A stretch of 63,150 bases of DNA from IMG/VR virus record IMGVR_UViG_3300045974_000110, positions 1 through 63,150 of that record; one strand, 5' to 3'. The stretch comes from a virus (taxonomy: Duplodnaviria; Caudoviricetes). Shown piece by piece: positions 36,905 to 46,212 of the stretch; position 1 is the first letter of the stretch, and every line of letters starts with the position of its first letter. The notes beneath the pieces are model-generated. The model searched no databases, had not been told where the DNA came from, and worked only from the letters and a program-made list of their open reading frames with translations. Position numbers and translations under genes: made by a program.

Positions 36905-38353
36905 TCAGTCATCGTCATCATCCTCGTCCAGCGCCTCAGCGAGACGACGCATCCAGTCGGGGTCGGTCTCGACGATCTCCCCGAAGAGCTTGTCCTTGAC
37001 GCGCAGGATCTGGTTGACCCGTGACTCGATCGTGTTGCGGCACAGGTACTCACGGATCTGCACCGGCTGCGTGGTCGATGCTCCGATGCGGTGCAGACGG
37101 TCGATGGCCTGCTTGTTGAGCCCCGGCACGAAGAGCTTGTCGAGGAAGCTGCCGTACGGCGTGGCGGTCAGGTTGAGCCCGACGCCGGCGACTTGGAGCA
37201 TACAGACCAACACGGCTGGTCCCTTGTGGTTCTTCCAGGCGTTCACGACACCCTGGCGGTCGTCCATCTTCACGTCACCGTGGAGCTGGTAGACAGCCAC
37301 GCCGGGTGCGGCCTTGGTGATGCGCTGAACGTACGCCGCCTGTACAGAACGGAACTGCGTGAACTGTACGACCTTCTCGCCACGGGCGAAGAGCTCGATG
37401 TCGTCGTCCACAGCCAGGTCGAGCTTAGACGAGTGATCCTCGCCGGTGAACTCGAGCGTCGTTCCGCAGATCTGCTTGAGACGCAGGAACTTCGTGAGGG
37501 CGTTCTCGATGTCGTCGGCCTTGGCCTCACCGGCACGGTGAAGCTTCATGTCGTTGACAACCTCGTCGTAGAGCTTCTGCTGCTCAGGCAGCAGGTCCAC
37601 GCGACGCTCGATGATCTGAACCTCGGGCAAGTCCAACACGTCCTTCTTGAGGCGACGGAGCATGACCCCGTGAAGGCGCTCGGTGAGCTCTTTCTCGTTC
37701 TTCACGCCGACGATCTGCTTGTCCTTGTAGCCGCCAAAGACTGCGTAACGGTTGACGAACGTCCAGAACTTCGGGTAGGTGAACGGGTCGATCTTGTGAA
37801 GCAGGCTCCACAGCTCATCGACGTGATTGAGCATCGGAGTACCCGTCAGCAAGAATGACCGGGTAGACGAGAGCTGGAGACACTTCTTGGTCCGCACAGC
37901 CTTGTGGTTCTTCAGGTAGTGCGCCTCGTCATAGATGGCGATGTCGAAGGCGAGCCGGTTGAAGTCCTCCAGGTGGGCGACGACCTGCTCGTAGTTGACG
38001 ATCAGCGCCTTGGGGGTCGGGAGCGCCTCGTAGTCCGCGAGCTGCTTGCGACGAACCACAGGCGAGCCCGACAGGACAACATGGGGGATGCGGGTGAACT
38101 TCTCGAACTCGTCTGCCCAATTGCCCTTGAGGGTGACCGGGCACACGACGATGGCAGTCTTGGACAGCCCCATGACGATGTCGACTGCGAACACAGTCAT
38201 CGCCTGAAGTGACTTGCCCAGGCCCATGTCGTCGGCCAGCAGAAAGTTGCGCCGCTTGCAGAGCTGACGAATGCCCTCGATCTGGTGCGGATAGAACTGC
38301 ACCTCGTCAAGTACCCAGGGTTCCAGGGAACCTCGCGCGGTTGCCTCAACCAT
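36905..38353 (-). CDS. SNF2-family helicase
   Basis: LADDMGLGKS, DEAH, LTGTP, GVGLNL, QAIDRLHRIG. Confidence 0.95.
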   Translation of the reverse strand: MVEATARGSLEPWVLDEVQFYPHQIEGIRQLCKRRNFLLADDMGLGKSLQAMTVFAVDIVMGLSKTAIVVCPVTLKGNWADEFEKFTRIPHVVLSGSPVVRRKQLADYEALPTPKALIVNYEQVVAHLEDFNRLAFDIAIYDEAHYLKNHKAVRTKKCLQLSSTRSFLLTGTPMLNHVDELWSLLHKIDPFTYPKFWTFVNRYAVFGGYKDKQIVGVKNEKELTERLHGVMLRRLKKDVLDLPEVQIIERRVDLLPEQQKLYDEVVNDMKLHRAGEAKADDIENALTKFLRLKQICGTTLEFTGEDHSSKLDLAVDDDIELFARGEKVVQFTQFRSVQAAYVQRITKAAPGVAVYQLHGDVKMDDRQGVVNAWKNHKGPAVLVCMLQVAGVGLNLTATPYGSFLDKLFVPGLNKQAIDRLHRIGASTTQPVQIREYLCRNTIESRVNQILRVKDKLFGEIVETDPDWMRRLAEALDEDDDDD

Positions 38354-38543
38354 TACTCGATCCCCTCCTGTCCATTTCGCGTCGGTGCTCCAGAAGAGAC
38401 TCTCGCCCCGCTCGCCAGCCGAGCATGTACTCGTCGAACTTGCCAGCGGGAATCTCGGTGGCCTTATGGGGCTCTTCGGACTCGATGCCATTGCCGAATG
38501 CTCTGTCCCTCGCGATGTCGAACCACGTCTTAGAAGCTGGCAA
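38346..38543 (-). CDS. Hypothetical protein
   Basis: Overlapping operon packing. Confidence 0.5.
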   Translation of the reverse strand: MPASKTWFDIARDRAFGNGIESEEPHKATEIPAGKFDEYMLGWRAGRESLLEHRREMDRRGSSNG

Positions 38544-38856
38544 GACGTATCACCGTGTCCTCAGACTTGGAGTATGTGTACGGCAACATCTCCTTCGTCC
38601 CGTCAGGTCGCTTGGCTTCTACGACGTACGGATCGCAGTATTGCGCGATCTTCGTGAACTTGTCAAGCGCCTCGTCGTCACACAGGAACTCCTGTGTGAG
38701 GTGACACATCTCGAAGCGGTGGTCGTAGTAGATGTAAGTCGTCGGACGGTAGCGCGGGTCGCCAGCCGGGTGAAGCCCGTTGGCACCTCCGAACTGCCAG
38801 TCGTCGGGAAACTCGTGGACGTGCGGCGGGTCGTAGTGGCACTCGATGATCTGCAT
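38530..38856 (-). CDS. Hypothetical protein
   Basis: GAGGAG RBS; coupled start. Confidence 0.6.
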   Translation of the reverse strand: MQIIECHYDPPHVHEFPDDWQFGGANGLHPAGDPRYRPTTYIYYDHRFEMCHLTQEFLCDDEALDKFTKIAQYCDPYVVEAKRPDGTKEMLPYTYSKSEDTVIRLASF

Positions 38857-39065
38857 CAGTCGCTCGCCTCCTCGGTGAATCCTGAGGTCGATCCGCTGGA
38901 CGCGACGTAGCCGCAGATCCACAGCGCCTGGAACTCGCTGAAGCCGCCGTTACGCATCGTCTCGTAGAGGCCGAAGATGATGATCCCGGCTTCCTCAATC
39001 GGACCCGGCAGTACTCCCGCCAGCATCTGCTCCGCTGTCTGGCGGAACTCCGACATCTCGTCCAT
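38856..39065 (-). CDS. Hypothetical protein
   Basis: AGGA RBS; GGFSEFQAL motif. Confidence 0.6.
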   Translation of the reverse strand: MDEMSEFRQTAEQMLAGVLPGPIEEAGIIIFGLYETMRNGGFSEFQALWICGYVASSGSTSGFTEEASD

Positions 39066-39219
39066 GTGACTTCCTTTCGTGATCCTTGCGACGGCAGTTG
39101 CAGATCATAATCGTTGTGTATGACCTGCGGAGCTCGTCTATGCAGTCCTCGCAGCGGTCGATCCTGCAGGACGTACAGACGAAGGTGGGGGCATCCCCCT
39201 TCTGGTCATGCCGAGCCAT
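38995..39219 (-). CDS. Small Cys-rich protein
   Basis: CTSC..C..C..CNC. Confidence 0.5.
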   Translation of the reverse strand: MARHDQKGDAPTFVCTSCRIDRCEDCIDELRRSYTTIMICNCRRKDHERKSHGRDVGVPPDSGADAGGSTAGSD

Positions 39220-39220
39220 G

Positions 39221-39556
39221 TTACATGCCCGGCACGATGAGCTTGGGTGTACGAGCCTTCTCGGCGCGGTCAGCCGCCATGTTCCGGACCACCTGGAGCG
39301 TCTCCTGGAGCTGGAGTCGGAACTCCTCCTCCCACGTCAGGCGCTCCTGCCAGAGCTGAATCTCCGTGAGGATACCAGCGGTGAGGAGGAAGTCCATGAA
39401 GTGCTCGAGGCGAGCCGTCATCGGCTCGATGTGTGCTCCCAGCTGCTCGATCTGGTTCACCATCCCCGCGTTCTGGACTCGCAGGAGGACTGCCCTCTCC
39501 GCGATCGGCTGAATCTCCTCGGGGAGATCCGTCAGGGCTACTGGCTCCTTGGTCAT
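39221..39556 (-). CDS. Hypothetical protein
   Basis: GGAG RBS, helical. Confidence 0.65.
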   Translation of the reverse strand: MTKEPVALTDLPEEIQPIAERAVLLRVQNAGMVNQIEQLGAHIEPMTARLEHFMDFLLTAGILTEIQLWQERLTWEEEFRLQLQETLQVVRNMAADRAEKARTPKLIVPGM

Positions 39557-39714
39557 CGGGCAACTCCGGAAGGTAGACGTCCACGATAGGACGAAGGTTG
39601 GCTTGCTGGAAGTGTTCGAAGATCTTGTGAAGCTGGATGTCGTACCAGAGCTGGTCGTAGATCGGGGACGACTCCTCGAATCCCGACACTACAGAATCGT
39701 AGATCGGGGTGGCC

Positions 39715-40350
39715 TCAGCCATGCCCTGCCTTGAGGAAGCAGCCGTGGCAGGTATCGGGCTCGCGCAGCATCCGGTCTGCAATCGTCGGGTAGCCGATGC
39801 CGCACAGGGTACAGACGAACCCGATGAGGCGCGCGCTGTCGGTGTCGCGCAGGTCGTCGAGGTTGTACTTCGCCATGTTCTCGAGATCGGTCTCAGTGAG
39901 ATCACCGAACTCGTTGACGAAGGGCGCGGACTGGATCGGAGCCGTCGGGGAGATGAACTCCGCGACGTTGTCTCCGAAACCCTTGAGATCTTCGATGGCC
40001 TCGTCGATACTGATCTGGCCGGGAACCTCGGGCACGTCGTCCTCCTTTGGTGCGTTGGAGTTGGCGAGGTCTTCGAGAGCCGCCATCTCGTGACGCTCCT
40101 CGCCGCAGTGCTGGCAGCGTCCACCGGCACGGAGCCTGGTGTAGATGAAGCCGTCGAAGAATCCGACAGCCTGGGTGCTACTCGCGGCCATGTGAAAGAC
40201 CGTCCGCAGCGTGACGAGGTCGGGGTACGACAGACGATCGAAGAAGTCGTCGATGTCCATCTGTGTGATCGTTCTCATGTCCTGCTGCTGCTGGATGAGC
40301 ATCTGCAGCTCCTCGGGCAGCTCGCCCATGACAAACTCGAACTCAGGCAT
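39715..40350 (-). CDS. Hypothetical zinc-binding protein
   Basis: AAGGAG RBS; three CxxC pairs. Confidence 0.75.
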   Translation of the reverse strand: MPEFEFVMGELPEELQMLIQQQQDMRTITQMDIDDFFDRLSYPDLVTLRTVFHMAASSTQAVGFFDGFIYTRLRAGGRCQHCGEERHEMAALEDLANSNAPKEDDVPEVPGQISIDEAIEDLKGFGDNVAEFISPTAPIQSAPFVNEFGDLTETDLENMAKYNLDDLRDTDSARLIGFVCTLCGIGYPTIADRMLREPDTCHGCFLKAGHG

Positions 40351-40363
40351 TGCGCTCCTTAGA

Positions 40364-40398
40364 GCAAGGCGCCCCTGCTGTGGGCAGGAGCGCCTTGC
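40364..40398 (-). terminator. Stem-loop after SSB-like gene
   Basis: GCAAGGCGC...GCGCCTTGC. Confidence 0.65.
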
Positions 40399-40407
40399 CG
40401 GGTGAGG

Positions 40408-41511
40408 TCAGAACGGGAGGTCGTCGTCGTCGGGGACGGCGACTGCAGCCGGAGCTGACGGGGCGGCGGCAGGTGCCGGAGCCGGGGGCGGGGGAGGAGT
40501 AGCAGCAGCCGGGGCAGGCGGCGGCGGGGGAGTTGCAGCAGCCGGGGGCGGCGGCGGGGGTGCCGGTGCGGCCTGGGGCTCAGGCGTGACGGCGGGTGCC
40601 GGTGGGGCAGGCGGCGGGGGCGGCGGTGCAGCCGGTGCCGGTGCAGCAGGCGGGGCGGGAGGAGCCTCGACGGTGGCCTCGACGACAGCCGTGGTGGCCG
40701 GGTGACCTGCCCACGGGTCGACGGGGGCCTCAGCCGGAAGCGCACTGAGCGCCGCCGTCTCGTCGTAGCCCTCGGCGGGACGCGGGGGCTGACGCAGGAA
40801 CTGACGCACCTGCTCGGCCTGGACCCCGTAGTCCGGCCAGACCGAGCGGTCGGTCTGCTCGCCACGGGTGAACGTGGGAACGCTGTAGTCGACAGACCCC
40901 TTGTGCTCCTGACGAAGCGTGATCCGCGTCGTGCAGGTGAACATCGGGATGCGACTCGAAGCGAAGTGCGAGATGAACAACTTGCTCGGCTTGATGGACG
41001 ACGACTGGAGCGTCATGACTGCGGGGAACCAGCTCTCGCCATCGTGGTAGAGAACAGCGTAGGTGTGCTGCTCGCTGCACAGTGGCTTCTCGCGGTTCGC
41101 GCCCCACTCCTTGAACTTACACATCGAGCACGGGAGAGTGACGTGGCCGTTGAGGTCGTTGTTCGGGCCGTACGAGGTCGGGTCGAACACGCTCTGCTCC
41201 CAGGGGAACTGGCGGTTCTTCGGGACGTCGTCGCCGATGAGCGGGAAGCCGTGGTCGAAGTCGGTCGACTTACACATGGGCTTCTCGCCCTCGTCCATGT
41301 CGTTGCCGGGACGCCAGAACACCCGCTGCTTCACCAGAGCGAGGGCGATGATGTCGAGGTAGTCGTACTCGCGGTTCGAGATGCTCTCCCGAAACACGTT
41401 CTTCTTGTGGTCGATGCTGATGCGCGGCATCTGGATGTCAGTGTTATCGACATCCTCCAGGCCGGGGACTGCGCCGCCCCACTCACCCGCATCGGTCGTT
41501 GCGACTGTCAT
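40408..41511 (-). CDS. Putative single-stranded DNA-binding protein
   Basis: MPRISI.., C..C..C motifs, Pro/Ala linker, acidic DDDDLPF tail. Confidence 0.65.
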   Translation of the reverse strand: MTVATTDAGEWGGAVPGLEDVDNTDIQMPRISIDHKKNVFRESISNREYDYLDIIALALVKQRVFWRPGNDMDEGEKPMCKSTDFDHGFPLIGDDVPKNRQFPWEQSVFDPTSYGPNNDLNGHVTLPCSMCKFKEWGANREKPLCSEQHTYAVLYHDGESWFPAVMTLQSSSIKPSKLFISHFASSRIPMFTCTTRITLRQEHKGSVDYSVPTFTRGEQTDRSVWPDYGVQAEQVRQFLRQPPRPAEGYDETAALSALPAEAPVDPWAGHPATTAVVEATVEAPPAPPAAPAPAAPPPPPPAPPAPAVTPEPQAAPAPPPPPPAAATPPPPPAPAAATPPPPPAPAPAAAPSAPAAVAVPDDDDLPF

Positions 41512-41588
41512 GTACGTCTCCTGCTTCTCTGCCTTGCTCTGACATGCGACCAGTCTTGTGACAGCCGCAAGGATGTCGTGCGGGTCCA

Positions 41589-41617
41589 ACCCTACCGAAC
41601 ACGCACGACGAACACAA
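41589..41617 (-). promoter_or_regulatory. Putative promoter
   Basis: TTGTGT-N17-TAGGGT on - strand. Confidence 0.4.
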
Positions 41618-41641
41618 GCCCCACTTTACTATCGGCGGCTT

Positions 41642-41980
41642 CTAGTACGCGGAGATAGAGACTCGCTCGTAGAACTTGAAGCCCTTCTTCCTCATCCACC
41701 TGATGAGCTCACCCTCCGAAACTCGCCATTCAGGCTTGTCCTCGGGTGGTGCGATGTTGCGAGCCAGCATCGTGTGCTTGTTGGGAAGTCCAATCGAACG
41801 CCCCTCGTAGAACAGGTACCTCGTCTCTACAGACAAGACCTGAACGCCGATGATGCCAGCGATCTGGTCAGCCGTATAGAGGAACGGACGAGGCGGAAGG
41901 CCAACGAGCTTGGGATTGAAGGGCCTGACGGGTTCGTGGTTGGGATCGTACTCGGGAACAGGCTTCTCCTCGTTATCCAT
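41642..41980 (-). CDS. Putative MerR/excisionase-like DNA-binding protein
   Basis: LYTADQIAGIIGV..WRVSEGELIRW. Confidence 0.65.
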   Translation of the reverse strand: MDNEEKPVPEYDPNHEPVRPFNPKLVGLPPRPFLYTADQIAGIIGVQVLSVETRYLFYEGRSIGLPNKHTMLARNIAPPEDKPEWRVSEGELIRWMRKKGFKFYERVSISAY

Positions 41981-42179
41981 CGCAGTCCCGAAGGATCTTC
42001 ATGGCGTCGCGTACGCCTTCGTTGTAGCCCTTGGCGTACGGGCCGTCGAAGCCGCGCAGCAGGAGCTCCTGCATCCTGGCAAACGCCTTCATGCGAAGCA
42101 GGTTCGCGGACAGGGGTGGCTTCATGCCGAGGGCTGCGTAGCCCTTCTCGGTGAGCTGGATCATGCGCTGCTTCGCCAT
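41973..42179 (-). CDS. Hypothetical protein
   Basis: Coupled ORF. Confidence 0.55.
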   Translation of the reverse strand: MAKQRMIQLTEKGYAALGMKPPLSANLLRMKAFARMQELLLRGFDGPYAKGYNEGVRDAMKILRDCDG

Positions 42180-42394
42180 CAGTTGCTCGCCATCTTCGCC
42201 ATGCGCTCGGCGTTGGCCTTGAGCTGCTCACGCAGGATCTTGTCACGCTTGACCCACGACATCGTGAGCTTCTTGCGCTGGGTCACCTTGCGCTTGCCAC
42301 GACGCCGGCGACTCGGGCCAAGGTCGAGGATGACGACGGGGTTGTGCTTTGGTGCCTCGAGAACGCTGAGGGGAGTCTTCTTGTGCGAAGCCAT
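42179..42394 (-). CDS. Basic hypothetical protein
   Basis: AAGGAG RBS; coupled. Confidence 0.55.
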   Translation of the reverse strand: MASHKKTPLSVLEAPKHNPVVILDLGPSRRRRGKRKVTQRKKLTMSWVKRDKILREQLKANAERMAKMASN

Positions 42395-43203
42395 TACCGG
42401 CTCCTTCCGAGTCGTTGGGCGGTGGTTTCCATGCGGGTCTTGCGCTTGTACTTGTCCTTCATCGCTTCGAGTCCTTCGGCGAGACCTGCATCCGTGTAGC
42501 GGACGAAGCGCGACGGCTTCTTAGCAGTCTCGGCAAATCCGTACGAGACCCACCTGTCAAGGACAGCAGTAATCGCGCCCGTCGACGGTGGAAGGATTCC
42601 TTTGGACTTGGCGATCTCTTCGCTGATCCAGGCTGGGGTGCAGTAGCCATCTTCGTCTTCGATGATGAAGATGTCGATCGCTCGCTTGACATCGTGCTCC
42701 AACTCCCCTCGGGCGGCGCGACCGGACGCCGTGGGGGCGAAGGTGCGTGCCATTGCGGCGGGTACGAGCCCCGGTGCGGGGCTCTCGTAGCGGGGTTGGG
42801 TGTCGGTGCCACCGATGTCGGAGAGGACGTCTACGGGCACCACAACCGTCCGCTCGGGCATGACAAAGGTGCGCTCGACGACGTATCCGGAGTTGTCTTG
42901 GACCAGCCTTTCCATCCCCATCTCCGAGAACATACGGTCGTAGACCGCGTGACACTCGCAGGGACAGATCTTCCAGAGCAGGCACGACCGTACCGCGTTG
43001 CCGTTGAAGGAAAGCTTCTTCTCTCCCTCGTGCCAGCCCCCGTTACAGAACCCCGTCTTGAGCTTGCCGACGTGGTTGGCCTTGTTCGTGCAGAGGAGGT
43101 CTCGCCCGTCCTCGTTCACGATGATGCCAGGACACTCGAGCGTCTTGCCCGTGTTATCCTTGACCTTGCCCTTACAGGCCTTCATCTTTGGCTTGGGAGG
43201 CAT
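42394..43203 (-). CDS. Hypothetical protein: Cys/His-rich N-terminus, winged-helix-like C-terminus
   Basis: CPCECH; TPAWISEEI..PSTGAITAVL. Confidence 0.7.
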   Translation of the reverse strand: MPPKPKMKACKGKVKDNTGKTLECPGIIVNEDGRDLLCTNKANHVGKLKTGFCNGGWHEGEKKLSFNGNAVRSCLLWKICPCECHAVYDRMFSEMGMERLVQDNSGYVVERTFVMPERTVVVPVDVLSDIGGTDTQPRYESPAPGLVPAAMARTFAPTASGRAARGELEHDVKRAIDIFIIEDEDGYCTPAWISEEIAKSKGILPPSTGAITAVLDRWVSYGFAETAKKPSRFVRYTDAGLAEGLEAMKDKYKRKTRMETTAQRLGRSR

Positions 43204-43400
43204 CAGTCCTCACACCCGCACTTTCCGTTGAGCGCCTTCTCCTGGTAGCAGCCGAGGCATAGAACCCCGACCTTGGGAGGCGGTGGGCAGACGAAGTGGA
43301 CAACGTCTCGATCAGCTGTCCAGGTCGCCTCGTCATCGACGTTGATGTCCTGCTCACAGGCAGGACACTCAGTCTTGTAGCGCGCAGCGAACACTGTCAC
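43203..43400 (-). CDS. Small Cys-rich protein
   Basis: ARY..CPAC..H..C..C..C. Confidence 0.6.
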   Translation of the reverse strand: MTVFAARYKTECPACEQDINVDDEATWTADRDVVHFVCPPPPKVGVLCLGCYQEKALNGKCGCED

Positions 43401-43846
43401 AGGTCGAGTCCATTCGCTCGGGAGTAGAGCCTGTGGAGCTTGTCCTCGAGTAGGGCAAGCGCCTCGCCTTGGTGATCGGTGAGGTGTTCGATTGCTCCGA
43501 GTGCCGTGACGGCCACGTCGAGGAGCTCTTGAATCACCTTGTCCATGTCGTTCGTGACACCCTTGCGAGGGTTCTGACCCGTCGCTCCGATGTAGGCAGA
43601 GATGACCTCGCCGGCCTCTTCGGCTACCTTGGCGAGACGTCCCCAGGTCACCGCCTCGGGGTCACGGTGCTCGTTGCCCTTGTCGATCCACTTCGAGAGC
43701 CAGACAAGGTCAGCCTCGGGTCCGAGGATCGGAAGGTAGATCCCAGCACACTGGTTGAGGTTGTCCTCGCCTGTAGAGCGAAGGTCTCGCCACATGTGGC
43801 CTCGGTGAGGAGTGGTCTGCAGGCAGTCGAGTTGCTTGGCGCTCAC
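43397..43846 (-). CDS. mazG: MazG-like NTP pyrophosphohydrolase
   Basis: KVAEEAGEV..GQNPRKG..ELLDVAVTA. Confidence 0.85.
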   Translation of the reverse strand: MSAKQLDCLQTTPHRGHMWRDLRSTGEDNLNQCAGIYLPILGPEADLVWLSKWIDKGNEHRDPEAVTWGRLAKVAEEAGEVISAYIGATGQNPRKGVTNDMDKVIQELLDVAVTALGAIEHLTDHQGEALALLEDKLHRLYSRANGLDL

Positions 43847-44679
43847 GTCAGATCAACACCCTTCCGCATCTTGTCGATCCCGACGCCGGTGTAGACCTGT
43901 GTAGTCTCGACGCTGCTGTGGCCGAGCAGCTCCTGGACGAGACGAATATCCATCGTCTTGTCGTAGACAGCCGTGGCGAACGTGGCTCGCAGATCGTGGC
44001 TGCTGATGTGGCGCTTGAGGCGTGCCTTCACACCCAGCCGGGTGATCGTACGCCGTGCGCGTCGGTCTGTCATCCCTACGACCGGCGTACCGGGGCCAGC
44101 GATGAAGGCGCGTGCGACAGGTGCGCTCAGTGCGGTCCACGCTTCGACGGACACCGGGACGATGCGGGACTTGTCACCCTTGCCACGGATCGTGAGGGTC
44201 ATCTCGTTCATGTTGATGTCCTCCCGAGTCACGGCGAGTGCCTCGGCGATACGGCACCCACAGAAACCGCACAGGGCGATGAGAGCGGCTTCCTCCTGGG
44301 TCTTGCTGTAGAGGATCAGCTTCCGCACACCGGCGATGCCTTCGGGCAGCGGGTGTGGCATGGACTTGGCGGGTGTCGGTGTCGAGTACTCCTCGAGCGT
44401 CGAACCCCAGCCTGCCCACTTTGCGAACGTACGGAGCGTGGTGAGTCGCCGGCCTGTGGTCTTGGGTGCGACGACGCGCCTGTTGGTCTGGAGCCAGTCC
44501 AGCGCTGCGTCCTCGAAGTCATCCTGGTCGAGGCCGGTCGGGTGGAGCAGGAGGAACTGTGCGAGATCGGAACGGTAGGCACGAGTCGTGTGCTCACTGC
44601 GCCCCCGCTGGTCGAGGTAGACGACGAACTTGTCTGCGCTTGCTGCGTCGAGTCGATCGGCGCGCTGTTCGTTTGCCAT
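43843..44679 (-). CDS. Tyrosine recombinase (XerC/D-like)
   Basis: T.RAY.SDL, GCRIAE, RGKGDK.R, HDLR, LLGH, TTQVY. Confidence 0.92.
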   Translation of the reverse strand: MANEQRADRLDAASADKFVVYLDQRGRSEHTTRAYRSDLAQFLLLHPTGLDQDDFEDAALDWLQTNRRVVAPKTTGRRLTTLRTFAKWAGWGSTLEEYSTPTPAKSMPHPLPEGIAGVRKLILYSKTQEEAALIALCGFCGCRIAEALAVTREDINMNEMTLTIRGKGDKSRIVPVSVEAWTALSAPVARAFIAGPGTPVVGMTDRRARRTITRLGVKARLKRHISSHDLRATFATAVYDKTMDIRLVQELLGHSSVETTQVYTGVGIDKMRKGVDLT

Positions 44680-44705
44680 GTCTTTCCTTTCGATCGGTGT
44701 CGAAG

Positions 44706-44978
44706 TCAGTCTTTCATTCGCCATTTGGCTTCGAGATCTTCTTCCAGTGTGGCCTTGCGCGTTGGCGCAGTCCAATCGTAGAAGTAGTGCTCGTCCTTCA
44801 GGAGACAGTCGCGGCACAGCCAAGCGACGTTGGTCGCCTTCTTTGCGCTGGAACCTTCTCCCATCGGTCGGAAGTGGATCTGCTTGACTGTCAACAGATC
44901 GCGCGCTTCCATGTCTGATCCCGCACCGGGCTTCTCACCACAGCGCGTGCAGCGGTAGTCGTACTTGCGACCCTTCAT
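44706..44978 (-). CDS. Zinc-ribbon hypothetical protein
   Basis: CTRC..LCRDC. Confidence 0.6.
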   Translation of the reverse strand: MKGRKYDYRCTRCGEKPGAGSDMEARDLLTVKQIHFRPMGEGSSAKKATNVAWLCRDCLLKDEHYFYDWTAPTRKATLEEDLEAKWRMKD

Positions 44979-45595
44979 TTCCCCGCCCAGGTTGGCTTCT
45001 CAACCTCGGGAACGAGGTCATCGAAGTTGATCGTCGTTGCGCCCTGGCTACACTCGAGACACTGACCTGTGGTCAGGATCGAAAGCATCTGGCGCATCCG
45101 GTATGTGTCGGTTCGCACATACGTCATTGCGTTCTTCCAGGCCTGCTCCTGTACGAGCCCGTGACGCTGGGACTTGCAGGGTGAGCCGAGCAGGTGATCG
45201 CGTGAACGATCTTCGAGCCAGCCGTAGACCATGTACCTGATGGCGTCGATGCCGTCAGACTTGTTGAGCCAGCCGATGAACTCAGCGTCGACGATGTCTG
45301 TGTTGGCATAGACCTTGTGAGCGCCAGCCTTGTTCCTGCGCTCCAGGTCGATGAACACAGCACAGTCCATCTGTCCATTGCTGAACATCGGCACGTCGAT
45401 GATGAGAACCTTCTCGGACTCGTCACGCGCGATCTGTAGACGGGTCTGAAGATGCTTCACGTCACGCCGGTTCTTGACTTCATCCAGAGCGTGCTCGCAC
45501 CACTGCGAGTTACACTTCATGCAGCAGAGCTGGTGATGGTCGGCAGCGTTCCAGCGCCAGCCGAGGATCTGGTCCTCTTCCGTCACAGTAGCCAC
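44975..45595 (-). CDS. Hypothetical protein (Cys/His clusters)
   Basis: C..C....CEH and C..C. Confidence 0.65.
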   Translation of the reverse strand: MATVTEEDQILGWRWNAADHHQLCCMKCNSQWCEHALDEVKNRRDVKHLQTRLQIARDESEKVLIIDVPMFSNGQMDCAVFIDLERRNKAGAHKVYANTDIVDAEFIGWLNKSDGIDAIRYMVYGWLEDRSRDHLLGSPCKSQRHGLVQEQAWKNAMTYVRTDTYRMRQMLSILTTGQCLECSQGATTINFDDLVPEVEKPTWAGK

Positions 45596-45813
45596 CTCGC
45601 ATCCTCCGGATTCATGCCGAGCTCCTTGCTGATGATCTTGCCAACCCGACGGTAGTCACGACAGTACTGTGACCAAAGAATCGGATGCCTCAGTGCCATG
45701 TGGTTCTGGATCTGTGCCAAGTGCTTCGGCTTGGGCGGCGTTGACTGCCCATCCTTAACTTCAGCGAACCAGCCCTCAACCTCCGGCTGTGTCAGTTTGC
45801 GAGGCTTTGTCAT
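45583..45813 (-). CDS. Hypothetical protein
   Basis: GGAGG RBS. Confidence 0.55.
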   Translation of the reverse strand: MTKPRKLTQPEVEGWFAEVKDGQSTPPKPKHLAQIQNHMALRHPILWSQYCRDYRRVGKIISKELGMNPEDARWLL

Positions 45814-46150
45814 CTCGCCTCCGCTTCCAGAACGCCACCCGCTCCGCGCGGGATGCAGGTGACGACAGTTGTGAATGGAACTCTTCGCGAGCTCCATCAG
45901 ACATGATGGGTTCCAGCGCACGAAGCGCTGCGATCTCGACGAGGTCATCGTCGGTCAACCGCGAGATGTGAGGCACGGCGAGTTTCTTGATGACGGGCCT
46001 CACAATCACTCGGGGCTTGGGAGCGGGTGCTGAAGCTTCAGGCTTCGGGGGTTTCGCCGACTTCTGTACAGTTAGCTTGGTGGGCTTGCCGCACACGCAA
46101 GGCACACTGTCACAGATCATACAGGTGTCAACCTTGGACACCTTAGCCAT
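45776..46150 (-). CDS. Hypothetical protein
   Basis: GGAGG RBS; CxxC..CxC. Confidence 0.6.
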   Translation of the reverse strand: MAKVSKVDTCMICDSVPCVCGKPTKLTVQKSAKPPKPEASAPAPKPRVIVRPVIKKLAVPHISRLTDDDLVEIAALRALEPIMSDGAREEFHSQLSSPASRAERVAFWKRRRDDKASQTDTAGG

Positions 46151-46174
46151 CTTCACCTCCAGAATGCTATGCCT

Positions 46175-46203
46175 AGTCTATCACACCCTGGTCAGTTTGT
46201 CCA
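46175..46203 (-). promoter_or_regulatory. Putative SigA-type promoter
   Basis: TGGACA-N17-TAGACT on - strand. Confidence 0.55.
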
Positions 46204-46212
46204 GAGAAACCT

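Noticed and set aside
39270-39722. ORF MAEATPIYD... running 287 nt into the next gene
   Set aside because: The first 55 or so codons look plausible, but the extension is low-complexity shadow sequence; cannot distinguish true overlap, frameshift or sequence error.
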